DNA of 60,626 bases, the filler included, from Stramenopiles sp. TOSAG23-3 (taxonomy: Eukaryota), in the NCBI GenBank assembly GCA_900128585.1. It is 12 parts of 12 records of this genome, joined end to end, with 100 filler letters (N's around TTAATTAATTAA, not from the genome) between each part and the next. Parts side by side here need not be neighbours in the genome. Positions count along the whole stretch, not along the records: positions 10,155 to 15,129 come from LT643649.1; positions 15,230 to 20,193 come from LT643650.1; positions 20,294 to 25,253 come from LT643651.1; 9 more parts are not named here. The stretch is one strand, 5' to 3'. Below, in pieces: positions 10,155 to 20,823 of this stretch. A model generated the notes under the pieces. That model did not search any database. It was not told the origin of the DNA and was given only the letters and a program-made list of their open reading frames with translations. The position numbers and the translations under genes were made by a program. How positions within the stretch are numbered: the stretch's first letter is position 1; every line of letters begins with the position of its first letter.

Positions 10155-13100
10155 GTATTTTCTAAGCTTTCTCACAATTCTCTGGCTAACCAATCAAACA
10201 AGTCCAGCGGGTTTTACTTCGAAGTGACAAAAATTCACGCTGTGATTACAGGTGGAAGGATTACTTCTAATGAATCGTCAAATGTCCCTTACATAATTCA
10301 CAGAGATGCATGCCATGTTACGTTTAAAATCCCGGAAAGATTCCAAGTCTTGGGCGCGTACCTTAAAACAAATATATTATCATTAAGTGAGATTACGAAC
10401 AATATGAAAAAGTGTCATCCATACATTAAGAAAACGAGCGTTAAAGATCTTTTGAGGGCACTCGTTGTTACCGACGAAATGGAACTGCAGAAGGCTGAAG
10501 CTAAGACTAAACTGTTGAATGATTTGAAACTTAAGTTTAAAATCGACGGTGGTGAAATGCTCAACGATCCAGCTGATATTGTCTACAAGATTGGGGATCA
10601 TAAAAAACGATCGTATAATTTAGCTGTTTTCAACGGGGACGGCGTCGACGTTTCGGCCGATGTCAGCAAATTTTGCAAAGTTCTAGTAGAGTATGTAAAT
10701 TATAATCCAGAGGAGTTTGGAAACAAGGAACTGGAGGAAAATGAGTGGGGTCCGACGTCCTATCATTTCCAAACGAATTTTTATTGCAATATGGACAATG
10801 CGGGTACTTTCACCAGGCGCTTTACACTGCAAAATGAGAAAACGGGAAAGAAAATTACAACAAAACAATTGTCAGAGATAGTCAAATTTCCAGAGAAGTC
10901 ACAAATTGCGGTAGACGTCGATCTGCAAAATCCTTACCTCGACATGGAACTCCGTCAAGGAACCACGTTCAGTTTTGAATATGAGTTACTGGACAAGCAC
11001 AGCAACAAACTGCCCCCTTCCTTGTGCAAGGCTGCTAATATAACGTTCCAAAACAATGATTTTTCCTTGAAAGGCATCCCTTCATACGATCATAATTGTC
11101 GTACAAGACGAAGGTATTCAGAAGCAATGATCAAGCCCAAGCGTGACACAAACAAAGCATTTACAAGCGTACAGAAGGTAGCATTTGAAATCTATTTAAA
11201 TGGTAAAAAATGTAGGAGCAAAATTCACTTCAATAAAGTACGGCCAGGGAAGGTCCACAGTGTCCAGGTGAAAAGTGGGATGGCAGTTCGAGCAAACAAT
11301 GGACCGAGATATAAGCCGAAGCGGCTGGTGTGTACGACGAGCGACGAGTACGGAAATGTTACCGATGACTGGAACGAAGACCAGACAACGATCCAGGGCG
11401 ACTCTTGTGCTTATGAAATCACGAAATGCGATCGTGGAAGAATGGAATTGATGCCAAATATCAATTGGGGGACCGTTGATCGGGGAAAATCTAAGAAAAC
11501 AGACAAATTACGTTGTGGTGATTTGAAAATGCCCAGTATAGAATGTGAATTTACAAAATATCTCCAACCCAATGCAGTGAAGCTGGTGAATAAAAACTCC
11601 GGAATTCCGTTGGAACAGCCCGTACATGTTAATTGTGGTTACGATAAGCTAGATGCGCGGTTAGCATTCTACTGTGATGATGTTTTATGCAAAAATGATG
11701 AAGTAGAACAATACGTGAAAAATGGAAAGTGCCGTATTGTAATTGATGACCAGCCCGACGATTCAACCTTTAGTTTTGAAGAAATTCCAAAACGTATATA
11801 TTTTCCCACTGAAGCAGGCCAAAAGCTTTTGACCATTCAAGTGCCAATGAAGGAGGAACCTATTGGAGCGCTTGAAGCGTCCTGTAGTATTATAGTTGGC
11901 GCTGATTTATCATCACTGAAGTGGACGCTTGTCAAAAAACACAGAGGTGATGACCTAGCAGGCATTACTATTGGCGAAAGCCTTGGTACGTTATTTGAGT
12001 CCATTGTGTGCACTGATCGGTATAAAAATCCTGTGATGCCATCAAAACCTCCAAAATTTGCCCTTCAGTCTGAATGTTTCTCTTTATCAATTGACACATT
12101 TGGCGAAAAACTAAGAAATGGCTATAAAATAGACAGCAAAATGTCCGTAACTGGCCGTTTCTCTGAAAACATGCCAGATGAGACGCAGATAAGTATTCTC
12201 ATCGATGGATCTGAAGCAGACGAAAAAGTAAAGATCAAGAAGGGTGAACCAAAAAGGGTAATTTTTTTTTATCGCGGTGAAGAATTGAGCAATGGTGTGC
12301 TGAACGTAGAAACAAAGTACAAGCGACAATTGGAGTACAAAATATTTGATGACAATGGAGACGTAATTGAACGCCAAATTGGTTGTATGTTTACACTGGA
12401 TAAAGTTTCTGTTCTAAAGCGGGCGAACAAAAAAGTCAATATAACAGGGGAAGGTCCCTTGAACAGCCATGCTACCTTAAAATGTCGGGTTGGGCATAAT
12501 AATTCCGTGCTGCTGGGCCAAATAAAGGTCAATTTGGTACTTAAGACTGATAAAATCTCCAAAATATCATGTGTACAACCACCAGTCAGACGTACGTATG
12601 TAACAACAGACTGTTTTAAGCATTTGAAGTTTAAAATAGAAACTGAGAATGGTTTGTGGCCTACACGTTTACGGTGGGAAAAAAGCTGCACGCTATCCCT
12701 CAAGTACAAAAACATAGACGACGAGAGCCATTTTGAAGATGATAACCGCAAGATTTTTGCGAGAGCAAAGTTTGACAAACAAGACAAAACGATAAGTTTC
12801 CAAGCCGGACAAGGAAAAATGTTTGAAAAGGTGGGAGATTTCGAAGTGACATTGTCTATTGAAGGTTGCCGTGATTCTGCTGTTTGTCATTTTCACGTAG
12901 AAATAGGAGAAACAAAGGCTTATGTCTGCACAAAGTCCACTGTGGTTGAAACCATTGAGCTCAATTTCGTGACTCACAATCCGCATCTTTTTGATGCAAA
13001 GCGCGGCCATTTTATGCTTCAAAAGCGTGATGTTCACAATAATCTATCAACGGTCAGTGAAAACATTGTGCTTCGACTCACCCCTGTACCGAAAGAGAGT

Positions 13101-14621
13101 AATCGCAGAAGTAACGATGGAGCTGCTCCTATTTCGTCCGCCTTGGCGCCGACCAGCAGCAGCGGGCTTTCTTTGGGTCTCGGAGAAAACACAGGTAATC
13201 CAGCAGACTGTGAAGTGTTTGCACACTTGCTTGGCGCGAGCTCAGAGGGGAACAAAATGGTTCAATTTGAACGAAGGGGGTTTCCTTTGGGCGACCTGCA
13301 AGTGGATTATTGTGCCCAAAATATTTCTCAATGTTGTTTTGGACAATATAGACTTGAGGCGCGCCTTGAAAGCGAGAATGTCGAAGATTTCAGACCCTGT
13401 GAAAGAGAAGACGGCGAGAAAAGGTTTCCAACTGTATTTGTGAGCATAGAAACAGATGTTTCAGAGGAAAAGAACCTTTTGTTAACGGAAGAAACTCGAT
13501 TGAAAAGGGGGAAAAAAGATTTGGAAAGAGAATTAAAGAAATTAAAAAATACCCGCAGTAGAGCACTCGCAATACAGAGAAAGATCAATGATCGAGAGCA
13601 TCCTTTGAAAATTAAATTGGGTGAACTAGGAGTTGGCAGCCCAGAATGCAATCAAAGTGTAGATGAATGGGCATTAGACGATCTTGAGAAAAAGAAACTC
13701 GAGATTCAGATAAATGATGATAAATACCAGGAAGCTAAACGATTGATAACGACCAGCGATCGGCACTACAGTAGCATCCCTGCCCAAGACATCTACGATT
13801 TACCATTCTTATCGAATGTTCGTGTAAGTCACAGTATAAATCGTGTTGCTATTAGTGCTTATCTTGACCAAATGATGACAATGACTCCAATAACTCCAGA
13901 TTGGGATAACCAAGCGCCTAATAAATTTAAAATAGGAGACGAAAATTGCACATTGACTTTGTTTGATGTACCTGAAACGCATCCTGAAAACTCCAATTGT
14001 TCCAACGCTTTTTCAAGTGTTTGCGTGAAAGATGGTATTTACAGGAAGGCATGTAACCAATTACTGCGCCACGTCATCATTTTTTCGGACGAAAATGCTG
14101 CCTTTGAGTTCCAGAAACAGTGCATACAAAATAATGAAGCTCTAAAGAATGTCCTGGTAATTGAGCAAAAAGAGGATGGCAGTAACGAAGGAAGTATACC
14201 TTTTAATGGAAAGTATTACACAGTCTCTATTATTGACCACCAAGGTTGCAAACGTGCCTTACCTCCTCCACAGTATATCGTTAAGGGTTCGAATGTTGAA
14301 CATCGAACGGAATCTGAATCAAGCGCGGAAGGCGATCCATTTTTGAAACAAAACGAAATGAGATTCATGCAATGCAAACGAGCAGAAGACGGGGTCCGTA
14401 AACTTATGGATCTGAAATCAGAATTAAAAGAGGTAACAGAAGACCATATTCCTTCCTATCAGGAAAAACTCGATGAAAAAGAAAGGAAATGTAAAATATT
14501 AAGTGAGCAAATTGAGCAAGTGGAGGAAAAGATTGAAAGTCTTGATAAGAAGGGGAACGGGAAAAGGAAACGAGGTGCGAGGGAAGAAACGCGAAGAAGA
14601 AGAACAAAATCGAGGAGATAG
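10155..14621 (+). CDS. Large SMCHD1/GMI1-like protein, 5'-truncated (Ig-like repeats, coiled coil, SMC-hinge-like domain, coiled coil, basic tail)
   Basis: Frame is open from the contig edge at 10155. Recurring D-x-Y/N/H-x-N turns (DEYGN, DRYKN, DDNGD, DVHNN); hinge-like segments AISAYLDQMM and QLLRHVIIFSDENAAFEFQK lie between coiled coils. The CDS is certain; the family call is moderate. Confidence 0.6.
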   Translation, partial: VFSKLSHNSLANQSNKSSGFYFEVTKIHAVITGGRITSNESSNVPYIIHRDACHVTFKIPERFQVLGAYLKTNILSLSEITNNMKKCHPYIKKTSVKDLLRALVVTDEMELQKAEAKTKLLNDLKLKFKIDGGEMLNDPADIVYKIGDHKKRSYNLAVFNGDGVDVSADVSKFCKVLVEYVNYNPEEFGNKELEENEWGPTSYHFQTNFYCNMDNAGTFTRRFTLQNEKTGKKITTKQLSEIVKFPEKSQIAVDVDLQNPYLDMELRQGTTFSFEYELLDKHSNKLPPSLCKAANITFQNNDFSLKGIPSYDHNCRTRRRYSEAMIKPKRDTNKAFTSVQKVAFEIYLNGKKCRSKIHFNKVRPGKVHSVQVKSGMAVRANNGPRYKPKRLVCTTSDEYGNVTDDWNEDQTTIQGDSCAYEITKCDRGRMELMPNINWGTVDRGKSKKTDKLRCGDLKMPSIECEFTKYLQPNAVKLVNKNSGIPLEQPVHVNCGYDKLDARLAFYCDDVLCKNDEVEQYVKNGKCRIVIDDQPDDSTFSFEEIPKRIYFPTEAGQKLLTIQVPMKEEPIGALEASCSIIVGADLSSLKWTLVKKHRGDDLAGITIGESLGTLFESIVCTDRYKNPVMPSKPPKFALQSECFSLSIDTFGEKLRNGYKIDSKMSVTGRFSENMPDETQISILIDGSEADEKVKIKKGEPKRVIFFYRGEELSNGVLNVETKYKRQLEYKIFDDNGDVIERQIGCMFTLDKVSVLKRANKKVNITGEGPLNSHATLKCRVGHNNSVLLGQIKVNLVLKTDKISKISCVQPPVRRTYVTTDCFKHLKFKIETENGLWPTRLRWEKSCTLSLKYKNIDDESHFEDDNRKIFARAKFDKQDKTISFQAGQGKMFEKVGDFEVTLSIEGCRDSAVCHFHVEIGETKAYVCTKSTVVETIELNFVTHNPHLFDAKRGHFMLQKRDVHNNLSTVSENIVLRLTPVPKESNRRSNDGAAPISSALAPTSSSGLSLGLGENTGNPADCEVFAHLLGASSEGNKMVQFERRGFPLGDLQVDYCAQNISQCCFGQYRLEARLESENVEDFRPCEREDGEKRFPTVFVSIETDVSEEKNLLLTEETRLKRGKKDLERELKKLKNTRSRALAIQRKINDREHPLKIKLGELGVGSPECNQSVDEWALDDLEKKKLEIQINDDKYQEAKRLITTSDRHYSSIPAQDIYDLPFLSNVRVSHSINRVAISAYLDQMMTMTPITPDWDNQAPNKFKIGDENCTLTLFDVPETHPENSNCSNAFSSVCVKDGIYRKACNQLLRHVIIFSDENAAFEFQKQCIQNNEALKNVLVIEQKEDGSNEGSIPFNGKYYTVSIIDHQGCKRALPPPQYIVKGSNVEHRTESESSAEGDPFLKQNEMRFMQCKRAEDGVRKLMDLKSELKEVTEDHIPSYQEKLDEKERKCKILSEQIEQVEEKIESLDKKGNGKRKRGAREETRRRRTKSRR

Positions 14622-16875
14622 TAACGGCGACGAAGGAGTGGCGGTGTTGGCGCGATAAATATTGAGTTACATTAACATATGTTTTAACATACGTACATAT
14701 CATATCCTTGTTCTTATTTTACGACCTGAGCGACACGTCAACCCACTATACTGATCATTCCTTAAACGATTTACAAGACAGAAAAGAGTACCTTTAAAAC
14801 AACAAGAGGATATTTCATAATACTGTGTAGATGAAACGATAAGAGTAAATCGATCAAGAAGAACACAGGAGCAGAAACAAATCGCAGTATATGAAAGAGG
14901 CAAAACTTCACAGGACAAAAATATATTACATTGTAAGGAAGAGGATGGATTGGTAGTGTCGTGTATAACTTTAGATAATATATAGATCTAAATTACATCC
15001 ATTATTTTCTTTTATTTATAAATTCCTTTAACATATTTCATTTCCCCTACATGATACATCACTAAAAAAACGCGTACCCAATGGTCGCTGCCCCGTCTAA
15101 CGCTGCGCTCGGGTGGGCATTGCAAATCCNNNNNNNNNNNNNNNNNNNNNNNNNNNNNNNNNNNNNNNNNNNNTTAATTAATTAANNNNNNNNNNNNNNN
15201 NNNNNNNNNNNNNNNNNNNNNNNNNNNNNCACTTTTATATTATATCAATATACAGTTCAATTATTATTAAATTTCGCCAAGACCTTCCTCTTCCGCACGC
15301 ACGCATTTAATCAAAAATTGTAAACCAAACATTCATCCATTCATTCAATTCTACCTTTTCTGTTTATTAGAATGAACCATCATTTTTTTATTATTATTAT
15401 TATTTTTATTTACTACTTCTCTTCTTCATTTTTTTCGTTCCATCATCATCGTATTAATTTGTTGTTTTTTTTCGGGTTGGTTCTTGTCAGTCTATTTATT
15501 ACTAAAACATAATACTAATTAAATAATGAGCTCGTAGTGTACGTAGTGGAGTAGTATTTATTATTATTATATATAGGAGACTCTACTATTTCTTTTACTC
15601 TCCCTACATGGTATAATGGCAATTTAATTAGCTCTCATCCATTTAACTTTAGATTGGCTCTCATAGTTAATCGTATTCTTATGTTAATTCTATTAATCCA
15701 TTGTATTCTTACATACCACTATTTCATCCAACTTAGAAATTACGAAACATACAAAAGTTAAGTGAAGATTAAACGGATGAAAAACAATATATTTATTAGA
15801 CTTTCCTGATAATTACAATAGTAGTAGTACAGCTGTGATATAAAAATATGTTTAGTTTAAAAAAACAAATAATTATAATGGAACAAACGAACTATGCAAC
15901 TATATCCTTAATATGTAAATGATCGAATCGGTTTGGAAAGAAAGAGATAGAGAAAGTGTACAGTAGTAGGGCAGGAAGGCAGGCAGGCAGGTAAATAAAT
16001 ACAATACAATACAATACAATACAATTCAATCAAATCAAATCTGACAACTTTTATCATATCACAGCAACAAGGCAAGGAAGGGAATTCGTTCTGATAGGGA
16101 GTTTATTCGTAATTAAATTAAAAAATAGAGGAATCGAAAACCTATGCTGTGGGATGTATTGTTTGAATATCAAAAACTTATGCTGTGGCATGTCTTTACT
16201 ATTTGAATTATAAAAACGTCTGTGATTGGTTTATTTCCTCTTTGTTTCTTGGCTTGGTGGTAATTATTGGTAATAATAAATAGAAAACAATAAAAAGCCC
16301 TAAATCTATCTCTATACTTAAAATCGAAAATCAAAATCTCCGTCCACTCTCCTCTACGTAGATAAAATCCAATGGAAGTTACGTAAACATCTCGATACTA
16401 TATATTGTACTACAGTTTAGATTATTATTGGAATAAATCATTCGAAATGAAGCAATAATACACAATGTACAAAATATCTAATAATCAATAATCATTATCT
16501 CATTCATCATCATTCATCATCAAAAAAAATAAATAATAATAATAATAATCAATCTACTAACTACAGAGTATCTATATTATTATCCCCCTCCCGCCCTCCG
16601 CCGCCACATCAATCATTTCAAGAAATCATCTCATATAAAAACAAATTCAGTCACAACATGTTGATATACGGCAGTCGTCACTATCTGTCTATTTCTTTTC
16701 TAAGTTACGAAAAGTAATGTAGGTATGTGTTGCACATACGAACAAACAAACAGGAGTGAAAAACAATACTTTACGATTCTACCCGTTTTCAATCCAGTTG
16801 TTCAAACGTGTAAGCAACTCTGTGGATATTGCAGCAAAGTTTCGCATCGGCCGTCTACGAAGCGCGTCCGCGAAC

Positions 16876-18305
16876 ATGTCTCTTATTACTTCCCAGAAGC
16901 GTAAGAAAAATGTGCAACAGGGCGGGAAAGGTGGGCCGTCGAAAAAGAAAAAAGACAAGGACAAGCCTATGATCCCCCCCCCCCTGTCGAAGGCGGGCCG
17001 TTTGTTCCCGGCCATCGCCTGTTTGCAAAGTACAGGGACGAAAAACATTTGCGCCCTTGTGAGGTCATCGCGACGAACTCCGTAGCGACGAAGTCTGTCG
17101 GTGAAGGCGAGGGGGACTCCGAGAAACACCCTTTTCAGTACTACGTTCACTTTTTAGAATTTAACCGTAGGATGGACTGCTGGGTTGAATTCGAAAACAT
17201 AAGCATAAGGAATGAAAATGGGGAGCTGCCGCCGCAGGAAGAGATCAAAGTCGGTCAGGCACACGCCGGACGAAACAACGGCGATACGGTTAACTTTTTG
17301 GAGGAAACGGGCGCCGAGAGCAACGAGGGTATGGACGAAGAGAGCCTCCGGGACCACGAGACCGTGACCAAAGTCAAAAACGTGGCGATGATTGAGTTGG
17401 GAAGGCATCGTATGGAAGCGTGGTACTTCTCGCCGTTCCCGCCCGAACTTTTCCCGGATGGCGATCAAACAAAACCCATCCCTATTTTGTACCTTTGCGA
17501 GTTTACCTTGAAATTCTTTCGACACAAGAGTGAGCTCCAGCGTCACTACAAAAAGAACCCGTCGAGGCACCCGCCCGGGAACGAAATTTATAGGGACGAC
17601 GCGACTATGCTGTCGATGTTTGAAGTTGATGGTACGAAAGAGAAAAGCTTTGCACAAAACCTTTCCTGGTTGGCGAAAATGTTTTTAGATCACAAGACCC
17701 TTTATTACGACGTAGACCCTTTCCTGTTCTACGTCCTCACGGAACGGGATGACCGGGGGTACCATATTGTAGGGTTTTATTCCAAAGAAAAATATAGTGA
17801 ATCGGGCTACAACTTGGCGTGCATCTTGACCTTGCCGGCCTACCAGCGGAAGGGATATGGGAAATTTTTAATCGAATTTAGTTATGAGCTAAGTAAGAAA
17901 GAGAAAAAGGTTGGGTCTCCCGAAAAACCGTTGTCGGACCTCGGGCAATTAGGATACCGCAGTTACTGGAGCGAGATACTGCTGCAAGTACTTATTGATG
18001 GGGGAGAGAAGCACATGTCAATCATTGACCTGTGCAAAATTACTTCCTTCAAAGCGGACGATACAATACAAACGCTGCAGTCCTTGAACTTGTTGAAGTA
18101 CTACAGTGGAAACTACTTGATTTACATTACGGACGAAGCGCGCGAAAGACACAAGCGGTACCAAGAGCGCAAGAAGAAGCAAAAACGTGTAGACCCAGAA
18201 AAGATTCACTGGGCACCATTTGAAAGCGGGAGAAAACGCGATCAATGGAGCATTCGGAGTATTGTCCGAGGAGAATTCAACCAAGACGGCGATGATGACA
18301 AGTAA
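16876..18305 (+). CDS. MYST-family histone acetyltransferase (KAT8/MOF/HAM1-like) with N-terminal Tudor-knot; frame break near the 5' end
   Basis: YYVHFLEFNRRMDCWV chromo-barrel; WYFSPFP, HPPGNEIY, LAKMFLDHKTLYYDV, NLACILTLPAYQRKGYG, GSPEKPLSDLG. The ATG at 16876 is out of frame with 17049-18305 (see findings). Confidence 0.93.
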
Positions 18306-18839
18306 GTATCGTCCTTTGCGGTGTAACTTTCTGTTTTTTCATTTCGTCGCGCAATTACTACTTGGGTCAATCTACTTAAATCTCAATATTTTTTGTACTT
18401 ATTATATATATTACACTAGCATTATTTGTATTATTATATTTCGACAACATACACACAAGCTGGTATGTGGAAGAAGAAATAACAGCTCTTCTTGGAGTTT
18501 CTTCTCCCCGATGAAGAAGCAGTTTCGTAGTCATTTCCACCAGCAACCCCTATCATTATATTTCCCCATTCTAACGGCTTGCATGAACGTGATTGGCCGA
18601 TGCTGGCATGGCAGCAGCTGATTAGTGTTTATATATTGTATTTTTTAAAATTAAAATTTGTAGAGGAGAGCAGCATGAACGAAATACGAAGTTCACATTG
18701 TATTATTATTTGGTGAAACAAAAAAAGAACAGTCGGCGACCATTTGTGCCCTTCGTGCAAAGGACTGATAAACAGTGTCTCTTTATGGTTCAATTGAAAT
18801 ACGAAATTTCTGCAAACCAGGCCTGCTCGAAGAGAGTGA

Positions 18840-20003
18840 ATGCTGACAGAATTTCTTTTTTGGTCCGATAGTATGCTGCTTTCAATACCCCAGGTTTTCC
18901 TGGCCTGCAGTAGACTAACTTTTAAAGCGCTCATATGTGGCGTAGTCGTTTTGTTCCAGCCCGTGGCCGCCATACCAGAGTTGGATATGCACTTTCCCGC
19001 AGGTATGCAAAGCAACGCGTCTGGAAATTTATTATACAATGTTTCACGTGACTGGATGTCTGCGTCTTCGTACGACCCTTCACGAGACCCTCGTTTGGGG
19101 GCCGGGAGGCTACATAACACGTCGGAAAATGCAGCATGGGAGCCGACTGCAAGCACTCCGTACGAATACTTGGAGGTGGCTTTTCCTGGGCCAACAACAA
19201 TATCTTCGTTGCAGATACAAGGGAGTGAGAAAGCGGATGGCGGACAGATTACGTCATTTCATATACACTACAGTTTTGATGGAATCGAGTATAAAATATA
19301 TATGATCCGAGATGTACCCCGACTATTTGAGTGTACGCTGAGAAACGGGACGGAGGATCTAATTTTCAACGAAACACTGGACAACTCAACAGTCCAGGGC
19401 TACCCGTTGCGGGCGCAATACATCAGAATTGTACCGCAGTCGTGGTATTTAAAGATTGCAATTAGGATAGAGTATTTTCGTAAAGTGGTATGTGGGGATG
19501 GGTTCTTGGATTTCTTAGAAGGTTGTGATGATACGAACATTTTGTCTGGCGATGGTTGCTCGGGTTATGATGGAAAACATACAGGGACACCGCTTGGCCC
19601 GTGTGAAATAGAGGTAGAGACGGTTCAAACTGATCTGTCCGGGGTACGGACGTTCGTTACCGGGTTCAAGACCGCTTCGGTGGCCCCGCAGACGTTTGGG
19701 GCGATGAAGATATTAAATCAATGCAACCCATCATCAAATTGTCATGAATGCGCCCAGCTTCGAACGACGTTTCCGACACAGACTAGAGACGAAAGTACCC
19801 TGGAATATTGGACAGACCCAAATTACGCCCAGTTTTGCGCGGGTCAGAAACCTGCAGCGTTTCTTCACCCAGACGACCCAGCAGACATCCCGTTAACTCG
19901 GAATGACGATGGGCACTACTACCGTACAACCGACCCCAGGGCTCAAACGGATGAGCATGGTTTTCACTCATCAGGTTTAAGGCTGTATACTGATTTCGAC
20001 TAG
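18840..20003 (+). CDS. Secreted discoidin (F5/8 type C) domain protein with a Cys-rich CGDG/CDD repeat (DUF4215/Myxococcus Cys-rich type)
   Basis: Hydrophobic leader ending VAA; MSASS..AW.P..EYLEV..IQG..YSFDG..AQYIRIVPQSW..IAIRIE; CGDGFLDFLEGCDDTNILSGDGCS. Confidence 0.85.
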   Translation: MLTEFLFWSDSMLLSIPQVFLACSRLTFKALICGVVVLFQPVAAIPELDMHFPAGMQSNASGNLLYNVSRDWMSASSYDPSRDPRLGAGRLHNTSENAAWEPTASTPYEYLEVAFPGPTTISSLQIQGSEKADGGQITSFHIHYSFDGIEYKIYMIRDVPRLFECTLRNGTEDLIFNETLDNSTVQGYPLRAQYIRIVPQSWYLKIAIRIEYFRKVVCGDGFLDFLEGCDDTNILSGDGCSGYDGKHTGTPLGPCEIEVETVQTDLSGVRTFVTGFKTASVAPQTFGAMKILNQCNPSSNCHECAQLRTTFPTQTRDESTLEYWTDPNYAQFCAGQKPAAFLHPDDPADIPLTRNDDGHYYRTTDPRAQTDEHGFHSSGLRLYTDFD

Positions 20004-20069
20004 AAGCGCAACTACTTTAAACCTAATCCTAACTTGGTTTTGTAGTTTTGTTTCATTATTGGTTGTCAA

Positions 20070-20192
20070 TCACCGAGGGGATGATATATTTTCCAATGAA
20101 CGATTTGATTCCAATTGTCCATTAACGTCCTCATCCGATATCTCACTCAGAGATAAATCAATCCTTGTACGATCTTCCAAGCAGCGGCTTAA
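20070..20192 (-). CDS. Possible 3' end of a CDS truncated by the contig edge
   Basis: Open frame LSRCLEDRTRIDLSLSEISDEDVNGQLESNRSLENISSPR* from the contig end; too short to identify. Confidence 0.3.
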   Translation of the reverse strand, partial: LSRCLEDRTRIDLSLSEISDEDVNGQLESNRSLENISSPR

Positions 20193-20295
20193 TNNNNNNN
20201 NNNNNNNNNNNNNNNNNNNNNNNNNNNNNNNNNNNNNTTAATTAATTAANNNNNNNNNNNNNNNNNNNNNNNNNNNNNNNNNNNNNNNNNNNNTT

Positions 20296-20347
<52 letters not shown>

Positions 20348-20823
20348 TAATTTTTTAAATTAAATTCTGAACCCTAAATATATTTATCCTATATAAAATA
20401 GTACATAAATACATATACTTATTCTTATATATCAATCCTGACTTCTCTTCAAAAGAATGTACTTTATTGTATTCTAACAATACTTTATCTATTTAAACTA
20501 AAAGAAGAAGGGTTTTCTAATTTCTAATATAAAATAGAAGAAGAAGAAAGAAGAAGAATGAATAATGTATTTTTTATTATTATTGGTTTTGCGTTGCTTT
20601 TTTTGGACCCGAGAACGAAATGGATTGCGGATCGAACGTATCTATATTTATATATGGAATGAAAGGAGAATTAATTGCAATTATAGAATTAGAGGAAGGT
20701 AGACAGTTATTCGCGTGTTTTATTGCGGTACAATTCTGTGTTTTATTTCTGTACAGTTTTGTTCGGGGAGGATTGTAGTAGTATAGTACGGCGTAGGACG
20801 AACGGACAGGGAAGCAGTGCGGA

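Noticed and set aside
14931-14956. Second shared intergenic motif (TTG(C/T)AAGGA..GGATG(G/A)ATTGG; similar at about 7008 and inverted at about 57481)
   Set aside because: Purine-rich, low-complexity and gapped similarity; cannot be distinguished from chance by eye.
15064-15129. 3' end of a Pol III ncRNA (GC-rich segment followed by T7 on the minus strand)
   Set aside because: No recognisable RNA family motif; more simply the start of a truncated + strand CDS (ATG at 15081, MVAAPSNAALGWALQI).
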